Assembly: GCA_950097015.1 (NCBI GenBank)
Contig: CATNEN010000029.1
Location: forward strand, 744,001 to 808,000
Length of the DNA: 64,000 nucleotides
Reading direction: 5' to 3'
DNA from: Macrostomum hystrix
Lineage: Eukaryota; Animalia; Platyhelminthes
Of the stretch, positions 37,521 to 49,670 are shown piece by piece. Below the pieces are notes generated by a model. The model was not told the DNA's origin. It worked only from the letters and a program-made list of their open reading frames with translations, and did not search any database. The first letter of the stretch is position 1. Each line of letters opens with the position of its first letter. Position numbers and translations under genes: made by a program.

Positions 37521-40500
37521 TGGCCAAATATTGAAACTGTGTGCCAATTGTTGTCAGGCGTCGCAGCTGAAATTAAATTTTGTTTCAGAAATCTAAAACG
37601 AAATACTTTAAAATAGATTTATAGATGTGTGCGTAGAGTAGACTTGACGATTTTTCAAATCGATAGTTTGTAGGGAGTAAATATTCAGCGACTGTGAAAT
37701 TGCTGAACAAATATATAAGAATCGAACATATGGGCGTCTCTAGAGGGGCTGTGTTGAGTGTGTGAAGTAGTGAGAAATAAGGAATTTATGTGCAGTGAAA
37801 TGGAGACTAGCTTTGCAGCGTAGCAGCTGGTTTTCATTCACTCTCCCCTACGAAATTGAACTTGGGAAAAATGTATTTACTACGTGCATTCCTGTACGAC
37901 GTGTTTGCATTGCCTAAACCCCACCCGCTCGATTCTTGAACTAGAGAACTGTGAAAGTCTCCATTGAGTTGGTGCAGAAATGTACAAAGCTTGAGCATAG
38001 CTCTGAATCGAAGTTTTACGAGCACTATCGCTTTAAAATTTTACTTTGACTAGATCAGAAAAAATGCAACTTTCTGAATATGAACAGCTCTTCACTTGCT
38101 TTCAGCAAATTGAAAAAAAATGAACAACATCGGACCACATTGAATTGAACTTGTAGCATAAAGGAACAGGTTTTCTTTTTTAGCACCTGAGAATAGGCAA
38201 CTCCCCAAAGTAAAATGAGGGTATACACTGCCCAACAATCAGAAAGCAAGGGGCTTGAGTGCACCCTTGAGTATCGCCTTGGGATTGGTGGAAAGAATAG
38301 AAATAACTTATGTTAAGCTTAAATGATGCATAGGGCTTGTGTAGTGTACTGCTAAAAATTTAACTAACAAAAAAGTCATGCAGGAGCTGATCCATCATAT
38401 TTTAGGGAAGGAGAGAGCCAAGGCCACTAAGCCTTGGAGTTTGGATACCTACTACTTGCACATACTTATCAAATTTTTTGTGCAAATTGATCATAATTTT
38501 CATTTTCTATATTAGACATTTAGAGTAAAGCTATTCATTGCAAAAAGATGACAAAGAAAAATGTACAACAGCTTGAATAATAGTATAAACCCTTTAAATA
38601 TTTCTTGCCAATGTCCATATGATTTATCAACAAAAATATTATTTTTATGACTAACCTTACCTAATTGAAAAACTTTAGTAGGTCCCATCTTGTAAATCAG
38701 AATGTAAAAATACCATAGATCATGTTGAATGTGCTTATTTTACTTACAAATACGATTTCCAACCAACATGCTCCAGTAGCTATAGAATTGGAAACTTTAT
38801 ATTGCAAAAAACTGGCCACTTTAATCAATTATTGAATACAACCAATAAATCAATTTTTTGTCTTGTGCCATTGCAAATATCTTAACTATTTGTACACCTT
38901 AAATATTAGTAGTAAATTAAAGTATAATTGTGAAGCAGAGGGAAATAAATGTAGAATTCTTAAGGAAGAAAGAGTTGAATAGGCCAGAATTATACATAAC
39001 CAGTAAAGAAAGAATGTAGAGATGAGCCATGTTACATAATATCTATATTAAAGGTAATTAAGAAGGGGCTAGAATACTAGACATATAGCTAAGATGATTT
39101 TATTAGCTACAAGACTTCTTTAGGTTTGTCAGTTGTAGCCAAACATCTAGATTAAAAAGCTATCTTATTATTTTTAGTGAGGTCCTATTTTTTGTTTTCT
39201 TAAAAGGCAAAAATCTTGTTAAGAATAATATCAGAAACTAAACAATGCCTACTTACATAAAAAATAATGCTTAAAATGTTATAAGCTGTTTACATGATAA
39301 GTGTCAAATATAGTATTAAAGTGAGCCACTAGGCTAGCAATGTAGTTGTGGCTTCACTTTTAGTTAGCCTAGATTCACCTATATGTGCACCTTTTTTCTT
39401 CCTTTTTTGGCAACCCTTTTCTTCTGACTTTCTAAGATTACTGAGTTTGGCTTCTCCACTGGCACTAAATTCTTGATCAACCTTTCTTCTGTATCTCCTT
39501 TCTAGTCTGGTCAAACCTCTTCTTGATTGTCCATTTTTTCTTTTGTAGCCTTCTTTTCTTAATCCTATCTTAGTCTAAGTTGGCTACTATTTATCCTGAT
39601 TGCCTAGTCTCTGATCTTGCAAAAAGTTAATATACATCACTTAAAGTTTAGCTAGGCTTGATTAACACTAATATACTTAATTTGTGAAAAAATCTTTCTC
39701 TAGAATACAAAAGTATTGTTATATTTATTTGCTAAAATATTGCTTAAGCCTTAAAGCACAGAAACAGTATTTTCTTGCTTCCTTGTGACATTGTATGCCC
39801 TGTTTGATAGCTATAGGCCTATCTAAGATTTTTTGAGTGCTGTATACATGAGATTGACAAAAAGGCTTCTTGAAACATACTCAGCCATTTTTAGTTTATA
39901 TAGGAACTAATTAGGGTAATGTATCATCAACTGAACAGTGTATCTTCAAAACCGAACAAGAATTTTAACTCCTTCCTTGGTCTAATGTAAGACAGAAACA
40001 AGCTATTGTGTTTCATAGAACAACTAATTTAAAAGTCAAAGAAATTATCTATAAGCTGAGGCATGACATGCAATGAAGCATTAAAAGGAAGGAAAGATAT
40101 GGACATTTCAGTAGAATTTTTTATCACAAAAGCATTTTAAATTACTTTTTAACAAAATTTTATCTACATATACTTTAGACTAAGATTGTATGCGGTTGCT
40201 TTCCAATTAAATGACCATAAATGTAATTATTTATAGAGCATGAAAAATGCTATCAAATGACATAATTCATGATAGTTCACTCCTTAAAATAAGATTAAAC
40301 CACTCACTCAAATTATAAAACTGAACATCAAATTCTCTGTTCAGTTTAAAGATATATGAAAATCATTGTTTGGTTTTAGATGAAAAACATGAAAAACATT
40401 TTTCCTATTTGACAAAATAGCAAAAGTATATACTTTTTAGAAAGTTTTAAATGTTTTCTATAACTTGGCTTTCGATTTATAGGCCCTAATCATATCTTAA

Positions 40501-41131
40501 ATAGAAAATCTGTAGCTTAGGTTTGAAGTTAAAAAATCCATATTCTTGTTTGGTTGATGATACATTACCCTAACTGAATTTGACTAACAACTTTGTAATA
40601 TCACAATTTAAATTCATTAGTTAGGGCCTATGGCTATACAAATTAACAAAGGCTAAACAAAACAGTGAGTGTCAAGTGTTAGAAACATTGAGCCTTGGAG
40701 ACAGGAAAATAAAACTTAAATGACTTATAACTTCATGTTTTAATGACAAATAACAAATATATATTTGTCTTTTAGCAAACTTAAATTTACCAAACAAAAA
40801 TACATAGGCCCTATGTGCCCTAGCTTAGGCTACCTATAGCAAACAAGGATTATTTTGGCACTCTTCTCTTAACATTTTCTCATAAATTTTAGTAGGTTTG
40901 CCATTATACATATTTTTATTTAATAAGTCAATATTAAATTAAATACTATTTAGCTCAGGCTAGATAGTGCATACTTTTTTAGGCCTAGGCGACATCCTGC
41001 GCATACATTAACATTAAGCTTTACTTTTACAAAAAAGATAAATTATATTCACACATTATGCCGTAATAAGAACTATAATATTTGATCTGAAAATGTAAAA
41101 AATTGCCAACAGAAACTAACGAAAACAAAAA

Positions 41132-41305
41132 CGAGGCCTGCGGCAGACGCGCTTCCAGCTCCTTGATCATTGAAAGTTAATGATGGAATGTTTGATCATG
41201 TCGTTTTTTCACCTGCTGAGACTGAGCATGAAGAAACAGAAATTAGTCCTGCACCACCTGAGAGTGAGCCTGAAGGAACAGAAAACAGTCCTGCACCACC
41301 TGATC
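41132..41305 (-). pseudogene. Inverted partial duplicate of STK19 intron 2 / start of exon 3
   Basis: Reverse complement of ~45480-45654 (GAGCTGGAAGCGCGTCTGCCGCAGGCCTCG, the acceptor, and two 39-bp repeat units). Confidence 0.9.
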
Positions 41306-43646
41306 AGGACTGTTCTGATCAGCAGTTAACTGTTTTTATCTAACTTTTGACTATTTTTACTACTGTAATTTTCATCAAAATAGTCGATAGATACAGCAAG
41401 ATTCCGTCAGGTTCTCGAGTATTACTAAGCCGCCGCCGGCGGCACAATTTCAATGTCCATAAGGCGAACTGCATCTGCATGATCCAACCCCAATATCTTA
41501 TGACATGGCTCTGTCTGCCTTTTATTATTGTTTTTAACACGAATAAAAACTTGTACGTCTCATTCGAATATTTTTGCTTTTGCGATACAGCTTAACGATA
41601 GCATTTACTGTGTTTTAACAAGTTTCGTTTTCGACATTCTTCAAAATTGTGAAAAATTTCGGTTTCCCAGTTAAAAATTTAAAACAAATATAGCCCTGGC
41701 TTTAATTTTTTTCAGCAGTGATATAATAATTTAACCATAACAATGCTTTTTCACAAAACCTAAAAATACAGTTTTATAAAATTTAGACTGAAACATAAAA
41801 TCTGCTGTTTCCAATAAAATTGACTGTAAATACATTTACCATGTGAATAATGGTGACTTATGAGTGTAATTTTAAGTTGTGGTAAGATCAAGTGGATAAT
41901 ATGTGCTATTTGTTGTTTGCTGTTTTGCTAAAACCAATACATAGGCCTACTTAGTGTCTGACATGGCATGCTTATGTAGGCCTACTTCTACTTTAGTTAT
42001 ATTATGTATCGTACATCTACATGCAACACAAACATTGAAACAATATGTTGTGTTATATTTTACAACATTTTGATTGGTTTTGCTTTTTTTCCAGACTTTT
42101 TGTAGTATAATTATGCACTAAAGCTGTGTGCAGTGTACATTTATTTTACATTGGCAATAATCTGAATGACAAGATTTTTCATGTTGGAAAGTGTCAACAC
42201 AGCCCAGGGATGTAATTTTTTATGTAAATTATGTAAATGTAAATTATGTGCAAATCAGATTGGCTGTCTTTTGTTGCACTGTGCACCAGGTGCCTAACCA
42301 GGCTTTTGTTTCTTCTGTTTTGCTCATACACTGTGACTATGATGCTGTCATTCATTCACTTCTAGGAAATTTAATAGAATGAAGATCTAAACATAAAAGA
42401 GAGATAGGCCTAGGCATTCTTTTCAAATTGTTCATTTAACCACTTTTCTGAAAAGTTTCATTTCAAATCAAATTGACAACTTAGAGATTTCAATCATTAA
42501 GACTGCTATTTTGCACTTAATTTGGGCTGCTTCTGGGGTTCTGGGGAACTTGTCTATGGCAAATGTTCAGTGCAGGGGGAGATTAAAGCAAAATAGTTGA
42601 CATGCTTGGGAGTGTCTATGGCCAAAAGGGATGAGTTGGTTAGTGGGAAGGTAATTATTAGCATATTTTCTGTACTCTGCTAACATGCTCTACAAACTTT
42701 TTACGTTTAACTAACACACACTTAAAGTATATTAGCACCATGCCAAGAGACTGCCTGGCATCACCATCACTTATTGTGCATCCAAACTACCTTACTATTA
42801 CCCCTGCTGAAATTTGACACACAATCTTGCAGAATTTCGACATGGCATTTGACAATCATCATATCATTGTTTCTGATTGTTCATTTGTTTCCCAGTTTTT
42901 CAAAATGATTTCTTGATGTTTTCATATAAATTTAAAATGAAACTTTTCAGAAAAACTTTTAAACAAACAGTTCAAAATAATGAGAGGGATGTATAACCCT
43001 ACCCCATTGGATAGGCCCTATGCAGTATGCCATAGCTATGTGCTTAGGTTGAGTGTCAGCTAATGATGTATGAACAGGAGTCTTTGATTGGTTTTACTAT
43101 GTGTCACTATGAGATTTTTGGCAGAGCAAGCAATAGAAAAATTCTAATTAATTAGTCTAGGCCCTATCAATATTTTTGTCAATGTTTTTTTTAGCTTTTT
43201 GGGATAAGTTCATAAAATCTGCTTCTAGTACAGGTGTGTTATTTATTATGTGCATGAAAGAAAGTGCACAAAAGTGCGCAATTTTTACTCTTACTTGCCC
43301 CATTATTTAGAATGTGATTATGTCTAAGGTTCATAATTAAAAGTAATATAATTGAGAAATTATGCCTAGCCTAGTTATGCTAGATATACTTCCAACCTAT
43401 CAACATTTCACTTTCAAAGGCTAATTCTGATACTCATTTAAAATGTGGCCCAACATAAGTCAGGTGTTTTGCTCTATTATTTAAATGGCTTCTCTTTTTG
43501 CTATTTCAATATATTTTTTTTTAGTTTTCTCTTGGCTAATTTTAACTTTCAATACTCAACCCATTGCAGCTCAACCCAGCCTTTGTATTCAAAGTCTGCA
43601 ACCTCGGGGCCGACTGCCTCGGTTTGCACTTTCAGCCCATCCCCAG

Positions 43647-45747
43647 ATGCTGAAACGGCACATTAGCATCCGCGACCTGGTGCTGCCAGGCGGAGCTGCC
43701 AAGCGCGCCCGCCAGCCCAATGGCGATGGCGATGATACCGAAATGGACGCTGAAGGCGAAGTGTGGAGGGGCGTGCGTCGCCTCCTGTCGCTCTTCCCAA
43801 CGGACAGTTTTCAGCCGGCCCTGCCGCGCATAGCTTTGAAGCACCAGCTCTACAGCATTTGCCAGCGGCGGGCCCGCATCGACCAGGAGCTGCAGCGGCT
43901 GCGCGATTCCGGCCGATTGCGAATGTTTAAGATTGGCGGCGAAACAGACGAGCGCTTCGCCCTGCTGCTGGCCGACGAGTTCGAGGCGTTTGCCAAGGCC
44001 CGACGGGGCCGCCTGGCTGACGTTGTGTTTAGTGAGTGCCGCCTCCGCCTCGCCTCATTTGGGGTTGGTATGTTGGATGTTATTCCTTCTCTCCCTCTGT
44101 CATGAGTTGTTAAGTAAGGGATTGTAGCCTAAGGGACGGACTCACAATTTAAAGGTCGGGGGTTCGATTCCCGACTCTACTGGGACTATTTGTATCATTC
44201 TGCAAGACACTTAACTCTGCATTGCTTCAGTTCACCCAGCTGTTGAATTGTTGTAGCTGGGGTAATTAAGGGTGGATGTGGCATTCCCCAGTCCATGGAC
44301 TTAACAACCCGCATGCAGCCTTCAGACGCCCCCCGCAATAGCTGCGGCTGTGCTGTCGGCTGCACATCTGGCCTAACTGGGGCAGGTGTAATTAATATTA
44401 TAATCTATTGGTTATAATCCCTTCTATTCCTAATGTCCCCAGTCCAGGTGTATTGAAACAATCCTTGAATACTGACAGACAGGTACCTGACCCTGGTGCT
44501 CCACCAGACGGCCGATCTCAGCCTGAATCCAGGCCCAAATTTGCCCATCTCTGACGCCGAGATCTCCGAATTAGTGCGGGCCGGGTTTCTCACCGTGCGC
44601 GACTTTGGCTGCTACTGGGTGGCCTGTCCCGATATGGGCCGTTTTATTAGCGTCTACAGGAAAATGCGAGCCAAGATTCTGCGCACCCTGCGACGCGCCA
44701 AGTACAAGGAGATGCTGCGCTCGGTTAGAAACTGCTTTGTGTTCACTTTCTAGCTTCATTTAGAACTAATTTGTGTTCTCTAAAGATCGTTTCCTGATTT
44801 CCAGTTTTTTCCACTGGCATCTTACTGACCAGTTTGTTTTCTACTCAATTGCCTTCCGATAGTTCCAACACTGTTTTCTGTTCAGGCTCACTCTCAGGTG
44901 GTTCAGGATTGTTTTCTGCTTCTTCAGGCTCACTCTCAGGGGGTTCAGGACTGTTTTCTGCTTCTTCAGGCTCACTCTCAGGTGGTTCAGGACTGTTTTC
45001 TGCTTCTTCAGGCTCACTCTCAGGTGGTTCAGGACTGTTTTCTGCTTCTTCAGGCTCACTCTCAGGGGGTTCAGGACTGTTTTCTGCTTCTTCAGGCTCA
45101 CTCTCAGGTGGTTCAGGACTGTTTTCTGTTCCTTCAGGCTCACTCTCAGGTGGTTCAGGACTGTTTTCTGCTTCTTCAGGCTCACTCTCAGGTGGTTCAG
45201 GACTGTTTTCTGCTTCTTCAGGCTCACTCTCAGGTGGTTCAGGACTGTTTTCTGCTTCTTCAGGCTCACTCTCAGGTGGTTCAGGACTGTTTTCTGCTTC
45301 TTCAGGCTCACTCTCAGGTTGCTCAGGACTGTTTTCTGCTTCTTCAGGCTCGCTCTCAGGTGGTTCAGGACTGTTTTCTGCTTCTTCAGGCTCACCCTCA
45401 GGTGGTTCAGGACTGTTTTCTGTTCCTTCAGGCTCACCCTCAGGTGGTGCAGGACTGTTTTCTGCTTCTTCAGGCTCACCCTCAGGTAGTTCAGGACTAA
45501 TTTCTGTTCCTTCAGGCTCACTCTTAAGTGGTTCAGGACTAATTTCTGTTCCTTCAGGCTCAGTCTCAGCAGGTGAAAAAAACGACATGATCAAACATTC
45601 CATCATTCACTTTCAATGATCAAGGAGCTGGAAGCGCGTCTGCCGCAGGCCTCGCCTCCTCTAGAGTACATGATGCACGATCTGGTTGGCGATGGCACCC
45701 TCCGCGCTATTGATACCACCTCAGGTGTGCTCTACCGGCTGCCCTGA
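43647..45747 (+). CDS. STK19: STK19 (winged-helix DNA-binding / transcription-coupled repair factor)
   Basis: Exons 43647-44031, 44479-44723, 45625-45747 (phases 1,0). Motifs LKHQLYSI, LQRLRDSGRLRMFKIG, ELVRAGFLTVRD, YWVACPDMGRFI, RRAKYKEML, YMMHDLVGDG..IDTTSGVLYRL match the STK19 family. Confidence 0.92.
44119..44260 (+). mobile_element. tRNA-derived SINE (family B) with CORE/Meta-like segment, in STK19 intron 1
   Basis: B box GGTTCGATTCCC followed by TGCAAGACACTTAACTCTGCATTGCTTCAGTTCACCCAGCTG. Confidence 0.65.
44870..45565. repeat. 39-bp minisatellite (TCAGGCTCACTCTCAGGTGGTTCAGGACTGTTTTCTGCT...)n in STK19 intron 2
   Basis: About 17-18 copies; the unit is a multiple of 3, giving open frames on both strands. 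Confidence 0.95.
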
Positions 45748-45938
45748 CTGCTTTCTACGAAATTGAAATCTAAAGAAAATGCAAAAAAACTAATGATAAG
45801 TACATTTGTACTCATTTATCGACCCGGTCAAGTCTATGACTAAAAACAATTCCATGACTTCTTCCTCCGAAATCTATAAACCATTTGTTGTATATTAACT
45901 TGCATGTGAAACAATTATTGATTTAGTAAATGTTTTAA

Positions 45939-46177
45939 CAGTAGAGAGACCACGCTTTCCCCTGGGGCTATTTCAAATACCACTGCCTATTTCACGATAG
46001 CTCCCAAACCGAATGACCGATTTTCAGGAAAGTGAACCATATAAATTATAATTTTGCGCACTTAGCATTTTTTTTGCCCGTGTTCTGTATTTTCATAGCG
46101 ATGGGTTGAACATTTTATGAGATACAGAAAAAAAGAAGTTTGTTAGTATTTGAAAAGCCACTGTGGTCTCTCTACTG
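45939..46177. mobile_element. MITE-like element with perfect 15-bp terminal inverted repeats
   Basis: CAGTAGAGAGACCAC (45939-45953) / GTGGTCTCTCTACTG (46163-46177); core shared with two other copies. Confidence 0.75.
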
Positions 46178-46224
46178 CTAACCTATTTTAGTGCCACTTC
46201 GTACATTGAGTTACGACACTAATA

Positions 46225-46412
46225 ATGAGTCTGTTTGCACTGCATCCATAAACTGGCTCTGACGTCACGTCTACTGCTGCTATTATGATATGAGTCTGTT
46301 TGCACTGCATCCATAAACTGGCTCTGACGTCACGTCTACTGCTGCTATTATGATATGAGTCTGTTTGCACTGCATCTATAAACTGGCTCAGACGTCACGT
46401 CTACTGCTGCTA
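46225..46412. repeat. 65-bp unit x3 containing TGACGTCA
   Basis: Direct triplication; TGACGTCA at 46260 and 46325, variant AGACGTCA at 46390. Confidence 0.9.
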
Positions 46413-46744
46413 CTAGTCAACCGTAGTGATTCTTTTTTTACCTGTTTGACCGTCTTCATTTATAACGTTTTCTGTTCGTTATTTTTTGTTCTGGTCTTGG
46501 TTCCCAAGGTCAGTCTTGAGCCTGAAGCCTGCTCAGAGTGTGCTTGCGGCACAGGAGTCTCACAGCCCCCTGGAGTCTTTCCTGTGTACAAAAAACTACC
46601 TTAGCGCAGGCTTTTGTGCGTCGACTGCCTACAGCTCTGCCCCTTCTTCTCATTCTCTCTCTCTTTATGGTTCTCTGACCGAAATCTCTGCTTGCTTGTC
46701 CTGCATCTTGCTCCCAATCACCCACTACTCTACCATCCTTCTCC

Positions 46745-47068
46745 CAAAGATCTCTCCCATCTCCCCCCGATCTCCTCTCCCATTTCCCCCGATCTCCTCT
46801 CCCATTTCCCTTGCTCTCTTCTCCTATCTCCCCCGATTTCCTCTCCCATTTCCCCCGATCTCCTCTCCCATCTCGCCCGATCTCCTCTCCCATCTCCCCC
46901 CCGATCTCCTCTCCCATCTCGCCCGATCTCCTCTCCCATCTCCCCCCGATCTCCTCTCCCATCTCACCCGATCTCCTCTCCCATCTCCCCCCGATCTCCT
47001 CTCCCATCTCGCCCGATCTCCTCTCCCATATCTCCCCGATCTCCTCTCCCATCTCCCCTGATCTTCTC
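46745..47068. repeat. ~21-22-bp pyrimidine-rich minisatellite (CCCGATCTCCTCTCCCATCTC)n
   Basis: Tandem copies. Confidence 0.9.
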
Positions 47069-47631
47069 CTATTTCAAACTCCATTTTTACCTGTCGCATC
47101 TTCTGTTTCTCTCTCATCATCTCTCTTTTTTTCTCACCCCTCTTTCTCCCTATTGAAAAAATTGTAAACCATTTTTGCGTATTTTAAATGTTTGCCATAT
47201 TTTTCGCCTGTCGAAGATTCCAATTGTCTTTTGGTCTTGAAGCCAAAAAATCGAATGAAAAAATACATCTAAAGAAGCAATGCTTAAAGTACATTCTGCA
47301 CTATAAAATACACTTAACCATCGCATAGCCATCGTGAGTTTTAAATCGATTCGCTGTCATAAAAAACAGCTTAGATATAAAATATATTTGAATTGTACGC
47401 ATCTTTGTGTTCCATTTAGTTTCATGCACTTAAAAGTGAAAATTCTTTCAATACGAGCTGTCTTTTTGCACTTTTAACTTTTAAGGTTACGAAAAACATT
47501 CCTAATTAAACGTTTAGGGATTGTTTGTTTATTGATTCGTGTCATTTCCTAATTTATGATTTCAAAATTGAAAATCATCCTTATATGTGATTCATGATTT
47601 TTCAACTTCATATTTGGATATCCTTCTTCTC

Positions 47632-48035
47632 AACTGGGGATTTCCCACCTTTGAAGTGTATTGATTTTTCTATTTTGAAAATTGGGACTTTCCTACTTTG
47701 AAATTTGGAATTTTCCTACTATATATAATTTGGGATTATCCTACTTTAAAATTTGGGATTTTCCTACTATATATAATTTGGGATTATCCTACTTTAAAAT
47801 TTGGGATTTTCCTACTATATAATTTGGGATTTTCCTACTTTAAAATTTGGGATTTTCCTACTAGATAATTACGGATTTTCCTACTTTGAAATTTGGGCTT
47901 TTCCTACTATATAATGAGGGATTTTCCTACTTTATAATTAGGGATTTTCCTACTTTATATTTGGGATTTTCTTACTTTGAAATTTGGGATTTTCCTATTT
48001 CATATTTAGGGTTTTCCTATTTTGAAATTATGGAT
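47632..48035. repeat. Degenerate ~21-24-bp repeat (TTTGGGATTTTCCTACTWT...)n upstream of TMEM11
   Basis: About 17 imperfect copies. Confidence 0.85.
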
Positions 48036-48162
48036 TCGAGATTAGCCTTCATAGCTTTCTAAATCTTTGGCTTTAAAGAAGTCTTTTTTTCAGTTAATAT
48101 CTAGTTGCCCTGTTTTTGCCGGCTTAATTTGACCAGCTGACCGCAATGTTATTTCAGCCGGC

Positions 48163-48963
48163 ATGTCAGCTTCCGCCGCCGCTTCGTCACCTCGCACTTT
48201 CACTGTGATTCGCGGCGAGTCGCCGACCCCTTCGTCGCGTGGCTCCGAGTCTAACGGCGATAATGGTAACAGCCATAGCAACGGTAATGGCGCCCATAGC
48301 AACCAAGCTGGCTACGAGGATTGCGAAGCCCGGCTAGACGCTGCCGCCATCGACGGCGTCGGCGTTATCATCGTCGAGCCCGCGCACCTGGGCCTGGCCA
48401 CCGCCAGGTGGATCGCCTGTGGCAATTTTCTGCACAAATCGGCCGTGCTGTCCTCACTTGGCGCCTCCTGCTGCGCCGGCCTCGGAGCCTGGGGCTGCGG
48501 TGCCGCCTTCGCCGCTTCCAGCTGCGCCTCGGCCGGCGTCTACGAACTACTGTGGGCCTGCGACCCCGTGTCCAGGTGGGTGCTGGGAACTGGGTGTCTG
48601 CTGACACTGTCAGATGGAACTGGGTGTCTGCTGACACTATGTCAGGTGGAACTCTGTGTCTGCTGACACTGTCAGGTGGAACTGTGTGTCTGCTGACACT
48701 ATGTCAGATGGAACTGGGTGTATCCAGGTACCATAAAAGATACCAGATTTGAATATGTCATTAGACTGATCACCTGTTTAACCTGCAGGTACCAGGTGGA
48801 GCGCGACCTGTCCCAATTGCGGTACGCCTTGCCCTACGCCAGACTGGGGGCACCCAGCGTCACCGTGCTGCGCCGTCGCGATACAGTCAGGCGGCGGGCG
48901 CTCCACTGCTCAGCCGCGCTTGTCGCCGCATTACTAGCCGCCTATTGGTTGAGAACTCGCTGA
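48163..48963 (+). CDS. TMEM11: Mitochondrial transmembrane protein 11
   Basis: Exons 48163-48575 and 48789-48963 (phase 2). Motifs IIVEPAHLGLATARWIACGNFLHKSAVL, W.CDPVSRYQVE, VLRRRD..RRRALH match TMEM11. Confidence 0.92.
48585..48722. repeat. ~30-bp repeat (CTGCTGACACTRTCAGRTGGAACTGKGTGT)n in the TMEM11 intron
   Basis: 4-5 imperfect copies. Confidence 0.8.
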
Positions 48964-49670
48964 TTGGCTGAGAAACTGACTGATTCTGATTGGTTTACGC
49001 GGTGCTAGAGCTTTGGTCTTCGCAGCTGTGCTTCGCCTTTGACTATAGAATAGTGCGGTCTTTGTTTATTTCTGATTGCAAAGACTTGTAAAAGACAGTC
49101 AGCTGAATCAAATAGAATGCCAAGCTGACCAGATCCAACTTGTTTGTAGAACATCTTGTATGCATGCAAATAGTCTACTTTTCTTCTATTTATGTATATT
49201 TTCTGTTAAAATTCTAATTAGAATAAATTATGCACACCGTACTACTTAGTTATCAACCGCTGAAATATTAGGTAGGCCTAGCTTGGTTAGCTATGAATTT
49301 AAAGTAATCGTCTTCGTGGAGTATCTTATTTGTTCGCCGCATTTTTTTCATTCATTTCAGTCGCTAATTAAACTAACTTAAACTCGCTAATAATGTGTAA
49401 AACATTCTGGTTTACATGAATAAACAACTGTTCTGTACTGAGAGTTCCATCGTGTATGATTTTATGGTAGGTTCATTGAAATATACATGCATTTTCATCA
49501 CCGCCCTTCATCTGGTGGTTGCTGAGTTCTAAACTATTTTTTAACGAACCGTAAAAAGAAGAAAATTCTAAGCCCCTTAATTATTTTTTTATTTACGACT
49601 TTGTTCTTCCGAAACTTCCTAGTTTAAAAGCTGGATCAGAATAAATCTTTTTGATGGGGTTCTCTGTGTA

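Noticed and set aside
39329-39900. Purine-rich minus-strand stretch resembling decayed coding sequence
   Set aside because: Multiple stops and no recognisable motif; cannot be assigned to a gene or TE without a search.
47632-48035. NF-kB-like GGGATTTTCC sites upstream of TMEM11
   Set aside because: Arises from a degenerate tandem repeat; no independent support for such regulation, and Rel/NF-kB presence in this lineage is doubtful.
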